Positions 46,025 to 54,103 of a DNA stretch of 57,949 bases are shown here, one piece after another. Source of the stretch: a virus. Lineage: Duplodnaviria; Caudoviricetes. The position numbers were made by a program, and so were the translations under genes. The notes below the pieces were generated by a model. It was not told where the DNA came from and ran no database searches. It saw only the letters and a list, made by a program, of their open reading frames with translations. Positions within the stretch are counted from its first letter, which is position 1, and the number at the start of each line of letters is the position of its first letter. The DNA is taken from positions 1-57,949 of the IMG/VR virus record IMGVR_UViG_3300043580_000084. One strand, 5' to 3'.

Positions 46025-46485
46025 CCCTTCGTCAGTTCCTCTAACGGTGCCATGGGCAGCACCACGATCCTGGCCCCTGGAACTTCCAGGGACTCCGGGT
46101 CCTCATTGCAGTACACCTTGGCCAGGCGGGTGAATTCAACTATCAAAGCGTCGTCAGAAACGACCCCGCACTTTGTCAAGGCATCTCCTACCGATCTCAT
46201 CAACTTGTCCAGATCGGGTGCCACTGACGGGTATGGGCGCTTGCGTCGAGACACAGACGGGGGCCGTGCGACTGAGACCACCAGCCTCATCCACACGGCC
46301 CCCGTGTACGGGAGCCCGTGTTCAGGGATCCGCTCCCGATATGCCTCCACCCGGTTCATGACGGCATTGCGCCAGTCGTTGATCTCCGTCTTGTTGGTAT
46401 GGATCAGGCGACCCTTACCGATGTGCTTCAGGGACCCCTGTTGAGCTGGGACCCACCTCACCTCGATCTCCATGAGGCGAGTCAA
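46021..46485 (-). CDS. rusA: RusA-family Holliday junction resolvase
   Basis: PAQQGS, PDLDKLMRSVGDAL..DDALIV..K.Y. Confidence 0.9.
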   Translation of the reverse strand: MTRLMEIEVRWVPAQQGSLKHIGKGRLIHTNKTEINDWRNAVMNRVEAYRERIPEHGLPYTGAVWMRLVVSVARPPSVSRRKRPYPSVAPDLDKLMRSVGDALTKCGVVSDDALIVEFTRLAKVYCNEDPESLEVPGARIVVLPMAPLEELTKG

Positions 46486-46489
46486 CCAC

Positions 46490-47449
46490 CTACTTGGCGC
46501 CTACCAAGACTCCCCCTCCGGAGATGACACAGGACGCAGCCTTAGCACACGCGGCGGCCTGAGCCTCCGCAGCCTGCAACTCCATCTTGGCCAGCTCCAG
46601 CTGGACCCAACTGGGGTTCTTGTACAGCTCCGCCTCCTTGGCGGCGGCGTCCACCTTGCCCTGAGCCTCGGCCACCTTGGCAGCGGCCAGCTCGATAGCC
46701 TTCTGCTTCTCGTCGCGAGCAGCCTGGATGGCGGGGTTGGTGTAGTCCACGTCCTTCACCAGAACCTGGATCTCACCGCACTGGTCCGGGTTGGCCCGGT
46801 TGAAGGTGGGGGAGCAGAAGTAGGAGCCGCCGACGAGGCGCTTCAGCTCTCCGGGCAGCTCCGCGGAGACCGCCTTCTGGAGGTCCACGTTGGCTGCACC
46901 GGACACCAGAGCGTCAGCACTGTAGGCACGAGCCTTGGTGCGCGACACTGCCTCAGCGGCAGGGACGATGGTGTTCTGGAGCATCGCGGCCCACCACTTG
47001 GTCTTTTCTGGAGTGGTGTCGGCGGCGTAGTAGCGGCGACCGACCTTCTCCCACCACTGCACGGCAGGGCTGTTGGCATCCTTGCCGTCGCCACAGGCGC
47101 TGTTGATGCTGAAGGCGAACTGGACCCACAGGTTGACCTGTACCCCACTGGGCTGGCCCGCCTCGGGGGCTGCGGCCACCGTGATGGGGACGTTGGAGTC
47201 ACCACCCTGGGGGGCGATGTTCCAGGTCCGCAGCGACGCCGGGACCGGATAGATCGCGTCGGACTCTTCGAACAGGTCGGAGGTCTGTACCGACTCGCCA
47301 GGATCCACGCACTCCAGGAAGTTCTGGCCGTCGAGGGAACCCTCCTCGTAGTAGAGACCGACCTCGTCGGCCCCCGGGTTTCCGTAGGAGCACGCGGTGC
47401 CCCCGAGCAGCAACAGCAGTGCCGTCACTGCGAGCAGGATCTTCTTCAC
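46490..47449 (-). CDS. SPFH/band-7-like lipoprotein
   Basis: Lipobox GTAC; band-7-like core; C-terminal Ala/Glu/Lys coiled coil. Confidence 0.75.
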   Translation of the reverse strand: MKKILLAVTALLLLLGGTACSYGNPGADEVGLYYEEGSLDGQNFLECVDPGESVQTSDLFEESDAIYPVPASLRTWNIAPQGGDSNVPITVAAAPEAGQPSGVQVNLWVQFAFSINSACGDGKDANSPAVQWWEKVGRRYYAADTTPEKTKWWAAMLQNTIVPAAEAVSRTKARAYSADALVSGAANVDLQKAVSAELPGELKRLVGGSYFCSPTFNRANPDQCGEIQVLVKDVDYTNPAIQAARDEKQKAIELAAAKVAEAQGKVDAAAKEAELYKNPSWVQLELAKMELQAAEAQAAACAKAASCVISGGGVLVGAK

Positions 47450-47766
47450 TTGCTGACCTTCTCTTTCACGTTGTTGTACTTCTTCAGCCACAGGCCCACG
47501 GCGATGCGGGTATCAGCCCGCAGGATCTCCGGGTCCCCGTAGTTGTCCGGGTTGTTGTTGCCCAGGTTCCGTAGGATCTGTTCGGCCTCGGCCAGCTGAG
47601 TGACCAGGGCCTGCTCCTCGCTGCGGTTCAGGTCGCCCCGCATGGCATATCCGTGCTGGCGGGCCTGCATGCGCTCACTACGCCGGGACAGGAAGACCCC
47701 GACTACTGCTGCGATGACAACAATCACCACCACGGCGATCGAGATGATCGCGACTCTAGCTACCAT
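47446..47766 (-). CDS. membrane-anchored protein
   Basis: N-terminal TM; adjacent to SPFH gene. Confidence 0.7.
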   Translation of the reverse strand: MVARVAIISIAVVVIVVIAAVVGVFLSRRSERMQARQHGYAMRGDLNRSEEQALVTQLAEAEQILRNLGNNNPDNYGDPEILRADTRIAVGLWLKKYNNVKEKVSK

Positions 47767-48064
47767 CTTTTCTCCTCTTGTATTCAATTTTCACCACGGG
47801 CACAGCGATTGCTTCCCATAGCTCCACTTGAATGTCATCGTCAACGAAGTCCAGGCGGTAATCTTCGTTGCTGGTCTGTACCTGGTACGTGTAGCCCCAG
47901 AAGGTACTGGGGACATTCTGGTCGACTGGCTTGTAACGCAGGATGATCCGTTTGTTGATTCCCCAGCGCCACGTCCCTGTTGTGTCATCCTCCATGACCT
48001 CCCACTCGGGACCGTCATAGTCCTCATGGATCAGGTCCTGGAGGAGCTGGACATCTATCTTCAC
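47756..48064 (-). CDS. hypothetical protein
   Basis: Overlapping operon arrangement. Confidence 0.6.
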   Translation of the reverse strand: MKIDVQLLQDLIHEDYDGPEWEVMEDDTTGTWRWGINKRIILRYKPVDQNVPSTFWGYTYQVQTSNEDYRLDFVDDDIQVELWEAIAVPVVKIEYKRRKDGS

Positions 48065-48165
48065 TTGGTCTCCGATTCCACCACGATGTACACGACGCTG
48101 GTCAGCGTGGAACCGATGAGGAGTCCGGCCGAGAACATGACCATGTACCAAAAGTCTCTGGGCAT
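48061..48165 (-). CDS. small membrane peptide
   Basis: GGAGG RBS; single TM. Confidence 0.55.
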   Translation of the reverse strand: MPRDFWYMVMFSAGLLIGSTLTSVVYIVVESETK

Positions 48166-48179
48166 CCTCCAGCCCCTCT

Positions 48180-48542
48180 TCACTCCCCGGCTTCCCTGAA
48201 GTCTCTGGTCTGGTACATGGCGGCGATGTCAGGATGGTGGGCGGCGAACTGGTACACATCCAGGCGCGTGTCCACCGAGGTGGTCATGTAGTGCTCACAC
48301 AGGTCCGCATGGTCCCGCAGCAGGCCCTTGGTGTTCCACCCCTTCCGGGGCCGGTAGGTAATGACCTTGACTCCACCCACAGTGGCCGCGGTGGCGTTGC
48401 CCATCTGCTTCTCGATCTGTGCCCGTAGCTCCGTCTCCACCGCCTCGGCCTCCTTGATGGCAGCACGTACCTCCATCCAGGCAGCGTAGGTGTCCGTGTC
48501 GATCTCGACCTTGACCTCGTTCTCGTGCGGGTCTACTGCCAC
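48180..48542 (-). CDS. hypothetical protein (coiled coil plus beta, YqaJ-C-like)
   Basis: LRAQIEKQMG..VGGVKVITY..HPDIAAMY. Confidence 0.6.
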   Translation of the reverse strand: MAVDPHENEVKVEIDTDTYAAWMEVRAAIKEAEAVETELRAQIEKQMGNATAATVGGVKVITYRPRKGWNTKGLLRDHADLCEHYMTTSVDTRLDVYQFAAHHPDIAAMYQTRDFREAGE

Positions 48543-48565
48543 TGGTTTCTCCTCTGAAACGAGAC

Positions 48566-48602
48566 CAGGGTCCCGTGCCACATCCCCGGCACGGGACCCT
48601 GG
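48566..48602 (-). terminator. GC hairpin, probable terminator
   Basis: ccagggtcccgtgcc..ggcacgggaccctgg. Confidence 0.6.
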
Positions 48603-48609
48603 AGAACTG

Positions 48610-49053
48610 TTAACGCGCGAAGGCCCACGATCTGATGACCTTGGACGCCGAAGGTATGCCACACGGGCCGTTCCACTGTGCGATCGGCTCCGTGCAGCTC
48701 TGCATCTGGTCAGACTGCGGTACCCACGCGTACGCCCTCGTGACCAGGGCAACGGTGCAATCCCGGCCCGAGTAGAACTCGACGTAGGTGATCGGACCCA
48801 GGATGTCGTTCCACCAGACCGAATCAACACGACGGTCCCAGTTGATTCCCGTGTTCGGATCAACACCCATGTTGAAGCACGTGTGCTGCGGGAGGCCGGC
48901 TGGGTTGACCACGTACTTCGGGTCCCTCCAGTCGCTGGAGTCGTACCAGCAGATCGTGGTGTACGGGCATCTGGACACAGCCTGCGCGGGTGTCGCTGCT
49001 AGGGCGATCACCGCGACCGAGGCCACGGCCAGGGTCAAGATTCTCTTGAACAT
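48610..49053 (-). CDS. secreted peptidase-inhibitor-I36-like protein, paralog 2
   Basis: Sec signal; CP..ICWYD, CFNM, WD..VDSVWWN, FY.G.DC. Confidence 0.75.
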   Translation of the reverse strand: MFKRILTLAVASVAVIALAATPAQAVSRCPYTTICWYDSSDWRDPKYVVNPAGLPQHTCFNMGVDPNTGINWDRRVDSVWWNDILGPITYVEFYSGRDCTVALVTRAYAWVPQSDQMQSCTEPIAQWNGPCGIPSASKVIRSWAFAR

Positions 49054-49070
49054 GAGACTTCCCTTCCCTG

Positions 49071-49532
49071 TCAGTAGGTGTAGGCCCAGGAGCGAATCCG
49101 GTGGCTCACATTGTTCGGCGGGCCACAAGGTCCACGCCACGGGTCAGGCGCCGGACCCTCGTTACAGGACTGCATCTGGTTGGCGACCGGGGACCAGGCG
49201 TCGGCCCGAGTGACTGCCGCGATGGTGCAGTTCTGTCCCTCATAGAACTCGACATACGACTCGGGGAACGCAATCTCGTTCCACCAGACGCTGTCAACAG
49301 CCTTGTCCCAGTTGATACCGGTGTTGGGATCGGTGCTCATGTTGAAGCACGTGTGCGCCGGGAAGGAGGTGGGATTGACCTGATACAACGGCCCCTGCCA
49401 GTTGCCCGCATCGAACCAGCAGATGCGGTAGAACGGGCACGTGGGTGCAGCCGAGGCGGGGGCGGAGATAGCCAATGCCCCCAGGGATCCGGCAACAACT
49501 GTCGCCAGGATCAGGACGAGACGCTTGAGCAT
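49071..49532 (-). CDS. secreted peptidase-inhibitor-I36-like protein, paralog 1
   Basis: Sec signal; same motifs as the neighbour. Confidence 0.75.
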   Translation of the reverse strand: MLKRLVLILATVVAGSLGALAISAPASAAPTCPFYRICWFDAGNWQGPLYQVNPTSFPAHTCFNMSTDPNTGINWDKAVDSVWWNEIAFPESYVEFYEGQNCTIAAVTRADAWSPVANQMQSCNEGPAPDPWRGPCGPPNNVSHRIRSWAYTY

Positions 49533-49727
49533 TCAGTTCTCCTTGGTGCGTGATGTGACGTCCACGTAGTCGAGATCGAGATCGTCACTGTCATCATCCT
49601 CCAGAAACAGTCCGTCAGCCCTGTCCATCAGCTCGATGCCCTTGGCGGCGATCTGGTCCCGCATGAGGTAGCCGACCACGACAGCAGTCGTGACGATCCC
49701 GGCGGCTGCCAGCAGTTTCTTGTTCAT
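49533..49727 (-). CDS. small membrane-anchored acidic protein
   Basis: N-terminal TM, acidic tail. Confidence 0.65.
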   Translation of the reverse strand: MNKKLLAAAGIVTTAVVVGYLMRDQIAAKGIELMDRADGLFLEDDDSDDLDLDYVDVTSRTKEN

Positions 49728-49729
49728 AT

Positions 49730-50152
49730 CTATGACTCTCCGTCGATGTTGTCGGTGTCAGTTCCGGTGATGTATCGGGCTTCCAGGGCGTCGGCGATCT
49801 GTTCGAAGGTCCAGTTCAGGTCGTCATTGGCCATGGTGCAGCACACGTTGTCACCTTGGTCCTGGTGGTAAACCAGGGGCGGGTCAGTGGCGTGGGGGTG
49901 CATGAATCCGAACCACCGGCCCAGATCCGCCGGCATGGCGGCCGGTCCCCAGTCCAGCCAGTCGCTGTTGGGCACGTCAACAGATACCCACCCGTTGCGC
50001 AGGGCCACTTCCTGGGCCACTCCCAGACAGCAGTAGCGAGGCTTAGCACCGAAGGGTTGATTCAGCCTCAGGTGACCCTGGCCCTGCTCGTACTCACCGC
50101 TCCGCAGAGCCTGGATCCAGAGCTGTACCCGCTCCACGTTGACATCGTGCAT
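49730..50152 (-). CDS. ALRSG/CCLGV family protein, paralog C
   Basis: ALRSGEYEQG..YCCLGVA..AND..TFEQIAD. Confidence 0.75.
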   Translation of the reverse strand: MHDVNVERVQLWIQALRSGEYEQGQGHLRLNQPFGAKPRYCCLGVAQEVALRNGWVSVDVPNSDWLDWGPAAMPADLGRWFGFMHPHATDPPLVYHQDQGDNVCCTMANDDLNWTFEQIADALEARYITGTDTDNIDGES

Positions 50153-50535
50153 CAGCTGTCGCCGTCCAGCTCGTACGTGTAGATGATCCGGTCGGCGATG
50201 TCTGAGAACGGGACCTTGGAGTCGTTGAGCCCGGAGGCCCGCTGACGGCCGAGAGGCCGGGTCCGGTCTGCGCCCACCGTGTACAGGCGCGGGTCGGACT
50301 GGTCCCCGCGAGGCAGTCCGTACCAGTCGGCCACGTTGTATGGCAGCTGGGACGAGGCACCCCAGTTGTCGGTGTCGGTGGGCTGGCACCCGTTGGCGAA
50401 GGCAATGTCCATCGCCACACCGAGGCAGCAGTAGCCGTCGACTCCACGCATCACGCCTTTGCCCTGTGCGTACTGTCCCGACTTGAGGGCCCGGGTCCAC
50501 ATGCGGAGCCGGGCCTTGTTGGCGTTACTTGCCAT
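50152..50535 (-). CDS. ALRSG/CCLGV family protein, paralog B
   Basis: ALKSGQYAQG..YCCLGVA..LND..FSDIAD. Confidence 0.75.
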   Translation of the reverse strand: MASNANKARLRMWTRALKSGQYAQGKGVMRGVDGYCCLGVAMDIAFANGCQPTDTDNWGASSQLPYNVADWYGLPRGDQSDPRLYTVGADRTRPLGRQRASGLNDSKVPFSDIADRIIYTYELDGDS

Positions 50536-50838
50536 CTGGTTCTCCTTCATCGTTTCCGCGGCGGCATCTTGGGCCGCGACGTTGGGTAGGTCCAGGGTGG
50601 GTCTGCTTTCCACTGCATAACCACCCCGTTGTCATCGATCCAACGGTGGAATCCCATGTGACGTTCACAGAGGACGTCCCCGTTGCTGAACACTGTTTCC
50701 CGGTCAAAGATGACGGCCGGCTCCAGGCACGGCTCCAGGTCCCCGTCCCGCCACTTGGCATTGCAGGTCTTGCCGGACACTGTGGCCCACCGAGACGCCT
50801 CGATCACGACCCAGGTCTGTCCAGGGCCGAGCAGATGG

Positions 50839-51195
50839 TCAGGTGGGGTTGGTTTCACGGAGGAAGGTCTCCTCGAATGCGTCGGCGATCTGGTTGAAGT
50901 CCAGTTTGCAGATGTCGTTGGCCGCGACTGCATCCCGGCACGGAGCTGGGCGAATGATCGGGTTGCCGCTCTCGAAGCCGTACCACTGAGCCAGCCTCCA
51001 GTGCAGGGCAGTCCCGCCCCAGGCCTCAAGACACATGGCCCCGTTGCGCAGGGCCACCTCGGTGGCGACCCCGAGGCAGCAGTAACTGACACCACCACCA
51101 TGGGCATTGCCCCTCAGGTCGCCATGACGCTGCTGAAACTCCCCGCTCCGCAAAGCATCGACGAGCAGCTGGACTCGTTCCTTGTTGACGGTCAC
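50839..51195 (-). CDS. ALRSG/CCLGV family protein, paralog A
   Basis: ALRSGEFQQ..YCCLGVA..AND..DFNQIAD. Confidence 0.75.
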   Translation of the reverse strand: MTVNKERVQLLVDALRSGEFQQRHGDLRGNAHGGGVSYCCLGVATEVALRNGAMCLEAWGGTALHWRLAQWYGFESGNPIIRPAPCRDAVAANDICKLDFNQIADAFEETFLRETNPT

Positions 51196-51548
51196 TGGCG
51201 TGCCCCCACGTTGCCCGAGGCCTGGATGAGGGCCATCACGCTGTCCCTGCTGACGTAGGGCGTCTGCCCTATGAGCAGCTGCGGAAGCCGCAGCAGCGGC
51301 AGGTTCAGGATCTGCCGCATCAGCATCGCGTCCTTGGCCACGACCACGTTACGCAGCCGCCCCAGGAACACGTCCGCTGACTTCAAGGCGACCTCGGCTG
51401 AGATCTCCTGAAGCTCGGCGACAACAGCGCGGCTCTCGGCGATACCAAGAGCCGCCAGGTCTTCACCCAAGGTGACGAGACGCTGTGCGCTCACACCTAC
51501 CGAGGGTCCGGCCTGGAGCGACCGGATCTGTAGCTCGTCACTACTCAT
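51192..51548 (-). CDS. hypothetical protein
   Basis: AAGGAG RBS; first gene after promoter. Confidence 0.65.
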   Translation of the reverse strand: MSSDELQIRSLQAGPSVGVSAQRLVTLGEDLAALGIAESRAVVAELQEISAEVALKSADVFLGRLRNVVVAKDAMLMRQILNLPLLRLPQLLIGQTPYVSRDSVMALIQASGNVGARQ

Positions 51549-51583
51549 GAGTTCTCCTTGCCTTAGTTACCTTCATGCATATC

Positions 51584-51612
51584 AGCCTACCCAGGGACCC
51601 CCGGGGAGTCAA
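51584..51612 (-). promoter_or_regulatory. promoter TTGACT-17-TAGGCT
   Basis: Same hexamers as the 44841 promoter; CCCCGGGG in spacer. Confidence 0.8.
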
Positions 51613-51616
51613 CGGG

Positions 51617-51661
51617 CAAAAAGAAGCCCCTGACCGGCAGCCAGCAACGGTCAGGGGCTTC
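51617..51661 (-). terminator. intrinsic terminator
   Basis: gaagcccctgacc..ggtcaggggcttc with T tract on the minus strand. Confidence 0.75.
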
Positions 51662-51664
51662 AGC

Positions 51665-51889
51665 TCAGAACAGTGGCTCTTCGCCTTCCAGGCGCTCGGG
51701 CGCCTTGTCGCGACGGACCCGGTACCCAATACACAGCGGGCACAGGATCAGGTCCAGGCCCGGGGATCTCCACACTCGCCACCCGTGTACCCGGGCCGAG
51801 TCATCGGTCCGGGTCTGTGAGCTGAGACCGTCGTAGCGGCTGTAGCACTCGTCGTTGCTACAGGTCAGGTCCATGGTCACCGAGACCAT
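51665..51889 (-). CDS. small zinc-finger protein
   Basis: CSNDEC..ARVHGW..CPLC. Confidence 0.65.
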   Translation of the reverse strand: MVSVTMDLTCSNDECYSRYDGLSSQTRTDDSARVHGWRVWRSPGLDLILCPLCIGYRVRRDKAPERLEGEEPLF

Positions 51890-52040
51890 CCCCCTGGGCC
51901 ATCTGGGTCAGCTCGGACAGGACAGCTGCGTACTCTTCCGGACTCATGGTGGTGCGCACAGGTGCACGGTGAAGGCAGTCACACCAGGTCCCGCCCCGGC
52001 ACAGATCATGAATCTGATCCTTGCAGGTCTGGCAGATCAC
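51858..52040 (-). CDS. small Cys-rich protein
   Basis: CQTC..H..C....CDC.H. Confidence 0.65.
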   Translation of the reverse strand: MICQTCKDQIHDLCRGGTWCDCLHRAPVRTTMSPEEYAAVLSELTQMAQGDGLGDHGPDL

Positions 52041-52088
52041 GCCGCACCCCCGATGACCAGGGCCAGGTCATGTTTGACCTGGGAGCAG

Positions 52089-52763
52089 TCACACCCCGGG
52101 CACTTTTCGTGCTCGCTTTTTCGGCAGTAGATGCACACGAGGAACTTCGGGTACACCTTCCTCGGCTCCCCGTTCTTCGGCTTCGGCATCAGGTGTCTCC
52201 TCAGGTTCCGGGGTCGATTCGGGTTCAGGTTCGGGGTCGGGGGGCAGCTCTGTCAATACGCCCGGCCGCTGCTCTTCAATGATCGGGGGCATCTCCCAGC
52301 CCAGGTTGTGCAATCGGCGCAGGGCAGTGATAGTGGCCGCAGCTCCACGCCCCCACAGGGTCATGTACTCGAACCCGTAGACCACGGCCTCACTGAAACC
52401 CTTGTCCTGGATCATGTACGGCTTCAAGGCGGTGAGCACAACGCTCATGGCGGAGCCGGACACGGTCCAGCGGGCAGCCTCAGCGAATTCTCCTGGGTTG
52501 ACGTGTACGTGAGCCTCGGGGCAGTGTTCGTCGCAGTTGCGACGGAACCAGCCTTCGGCCCGCTGCCGCGGAGTCTTGAGTTCTGGGTTGGTTCCAGTCA
52601 GTTGGGCCAGGCGCTTGATGATCGGCAACTGAACCGACTCCACGTACAGGGTGACCTGATTGGAGTGGTTGGGGTTGCGGGTCTTGTTGTTCTTGTAGAC
52701 GACCCGGCCACGCAGGTCGATGATGCCTGCCATCCAGGCCAGGTCCGTTACGGGAATACCCAT
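52089..52763 (-). CDS. LAGLIDADG-like protein, degenerate active site
   Basis: LAWMAGIIDLRG..ARWTVSG..VLTALKPYMI.DK. Confidence 0.65.
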   Translation of the reverse strand: MGIPVTDLAWMAGIIDLRGRVVYKNNKTRNPNHSNQVTLYVESVQLPIIKRLAQLTGTNPELKTPRQRAEGWFRRNCDEHCPEAHVHVNPGEFAEAARWTVSGSAMSVVLTALKPYMIQDKGFSEAVVYGFEYMTLWGRGAAATITALRRLHNLGWEMPPIIEEQRPGVLTELPPDPEPEPESTPEPEETPDAEAEERGAEEGVPEVPRVHLLPKKRARKVPGV

Positions 52764-53071
52764 TACCCTCCAGCTTTCATTGCCTCGATATGATCTTTAA
52801 TGAACTCACAGATCCGCAGGTGCAGATCCGCGGGCGTGGACCCGGAGCCGGACTTGTCCGTGCGCCGGATGAACTCGGCTGGACGCCAGCCTTTGATCTC
52901 CTCCAGCAGGAAGGTCATCCCCTTGATTCGCAGGCCCAGCTCCATGGCCGGGGTCACAATCAACCCAGCCTCGTGCAGGTGCTCCACCTGGTCGATGCCA
53001 AGGACATGAGCCTGGTGGATGAGCCACTGCACCCGCAGGTACGTGGGCTGATCTAACGGGAGTTGCTTCAC
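52763..53071 (-). CDS. hypothetical protein
   Basis: 102-aa ORF abutting the tRNA 3' end. Confidence 0.65.
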   Translation of the reverse strand: MKQLPLDQPTYLRVQWLIHQAHVLGIDQVEHLHEAGLIVTPAMELGLRIKGMTFLLEEIKGWRPAEFIRRTDKSGSGSTPADLHLRICEFIKDHIEAMKAGG

Positions 53072-53072
53072 G

Positions 53073-53147
53073 ACCCCTCGGGGAGATTCGAACTCCCAGC
53101 CACCGCGTTTTAGAGACGGGTTGCTCTGCCAGTTGAGCTACGAGGAG
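53073..53147 (-). tRNA. tRNA with CTA (amber-reading) anticodon and extended bulged anticodon stem
   Basis: ctcctcg/cgagggg acceptor; TAGCTCAACTGGCAGAGC D arm; acccgt-ctCTAaa-acgcggt; gggag-ttcgaat-ctccc. Confidence 0.8.
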
Positions 53148-53213
53148 ATCCCAGGGCCGGGCAGGGATCTGGGGGTCACCTGCCCGGCCCGGGTCTTGTG
53201 TTCCTGTTCCTGA

Positions 53214-53243
53214 AGTCTATCCCCGGGGGTGGGGATCGGGCAA
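53214..53243 (-). promoter_or_regulatory. promoter TTGCCC-18-TAGACT upstream of tRNA(CTA)
   Basis: Hexamers; CCCCGGGG in spacer. Confidence 0.65.
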
Positions 53244-53247
53244 GGCT

Positions 53248-53547
53248 CTATGCGGCCTCGGCGTTGGCCTCATCGGTTCGCCGCTGGGCGCGGGCCTCGT
53301 CCACGAGCCGGCGTACGGTCTGTACCCGCATCCCGACCGTGTGGGCCAGGCTGGGGTACTGGTAGTCCCCGGATTCGATCAGATCCATCATCACCTGCCG
53401 GCGGAGGCGGGCGAGTTCACTGAGAACCGGGTTGATGCGGGAGATGGCCTCACCTAGAGCGTGCACGCGTGGAATCGGATCCAGCTCTTCTAGGTCAGTG
53501 AATAGCGTCTCCTCCCAGCCCATCGGTTGTATGGATTGCTTCGTCAA
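53248..53547 (-). CDS. hypothetical protein, possible HTH
   Basis: YPSLAHTVGMRVQTVRRLV. Confidence 0.6.
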   Translation of the reverse strand: MTKQSIQPMGWEETLFTDLEELDPIPRVHALGEAISRINPVLSELARLRRQVMMDLIESGDYQYPSLAHTVGMRVQTVRRLVDEARAQRRTDEANAEAA

Positions 53548-53679
53548 GGAAACTCCTTATATCAGTGATCGTTACTAGGGAGAGATCCCCCCCCTGAAAG
53601 AGAGCGTAACGATCATTGGGCATCGGTTCAATAGCAAAGGCCCAGGCCGGAGCCTGGGCCCTGGTGGAACGGTCTGGGG

Positions 53680-53880
53680 TCACTCGGTCACCTTGGTAAC
53701 CGAGTGGAAGTTGGTGATGGCGGCGATCAATTTGTTGTTGCTGTCGTAGAACTGGACGGTGGGTCCGTCGGTGTATGCGTGCACCTGGAATTCCCTGGCT
53801 TCGACGTCGACATGTTCGGCGACGCGCTCCCCGATTTCGCCACCGTTCCAGTGGAACGACGTCACTCGATACTTGTTCAT
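53680..53880 (-). CDS. hypothetical protein
   Basis: GAGGAG RBS, ATGA overlap. Confidence 0.6.
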   Translation of the reverse strand: MNKYRVTSFHWNGGEIGERVAEHVDVEAREFQVHAYTDGPTVQFYDSNNKLIAAITNFHSVTKVTE

Positions 53881-54044
53881 TCAGTCTCCTCGATTTCCTC
53901 GTAGGTGAAGTAGGTGTTCTTGAATAAGGCCACCTTGCGCAGGCCCCGATAGAAGATCCCATGGCTGGACAGCAACGTGACTCGGAACCAGTTGGCCCGC
54001 ACGCGACTAGTTCCATCCCGGTGTTTCACGACGAAAGTCTTCAT
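53877..54044 (-). CDS. hypothetical protein
   Basis: RBS before ATG54044. Confidence 0.55.
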   Translation of the reverse strand: MKTFVVKHRDGTSRVRANWFRVTLLSSHGIFYRGLRKVALFKNTYFTYEEIEETE

Positions 54045-54065
54045 CCAGTCTCCCTCATGAAACAA

Positions 54066-54096
54066 GTCTACCCCCCGGGGGTCCCGGGGGGTAGAC
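54066..54096. promoter_or_regulatory. perfect 14-bp palindrome overlapping a TAGACT -10 element
   Basis: gtctaccccccggg-ggt-cccggggggtagac. Confidence 0.7.
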
Positions 54097-54103
54097 GGTG
54101 TGA

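Noticed and set aside
52089-52763. Group I intron or intein around the LAGLIDADG-like ORF
   Set aside because: No interrupted gene or intein terminal motifs seen.
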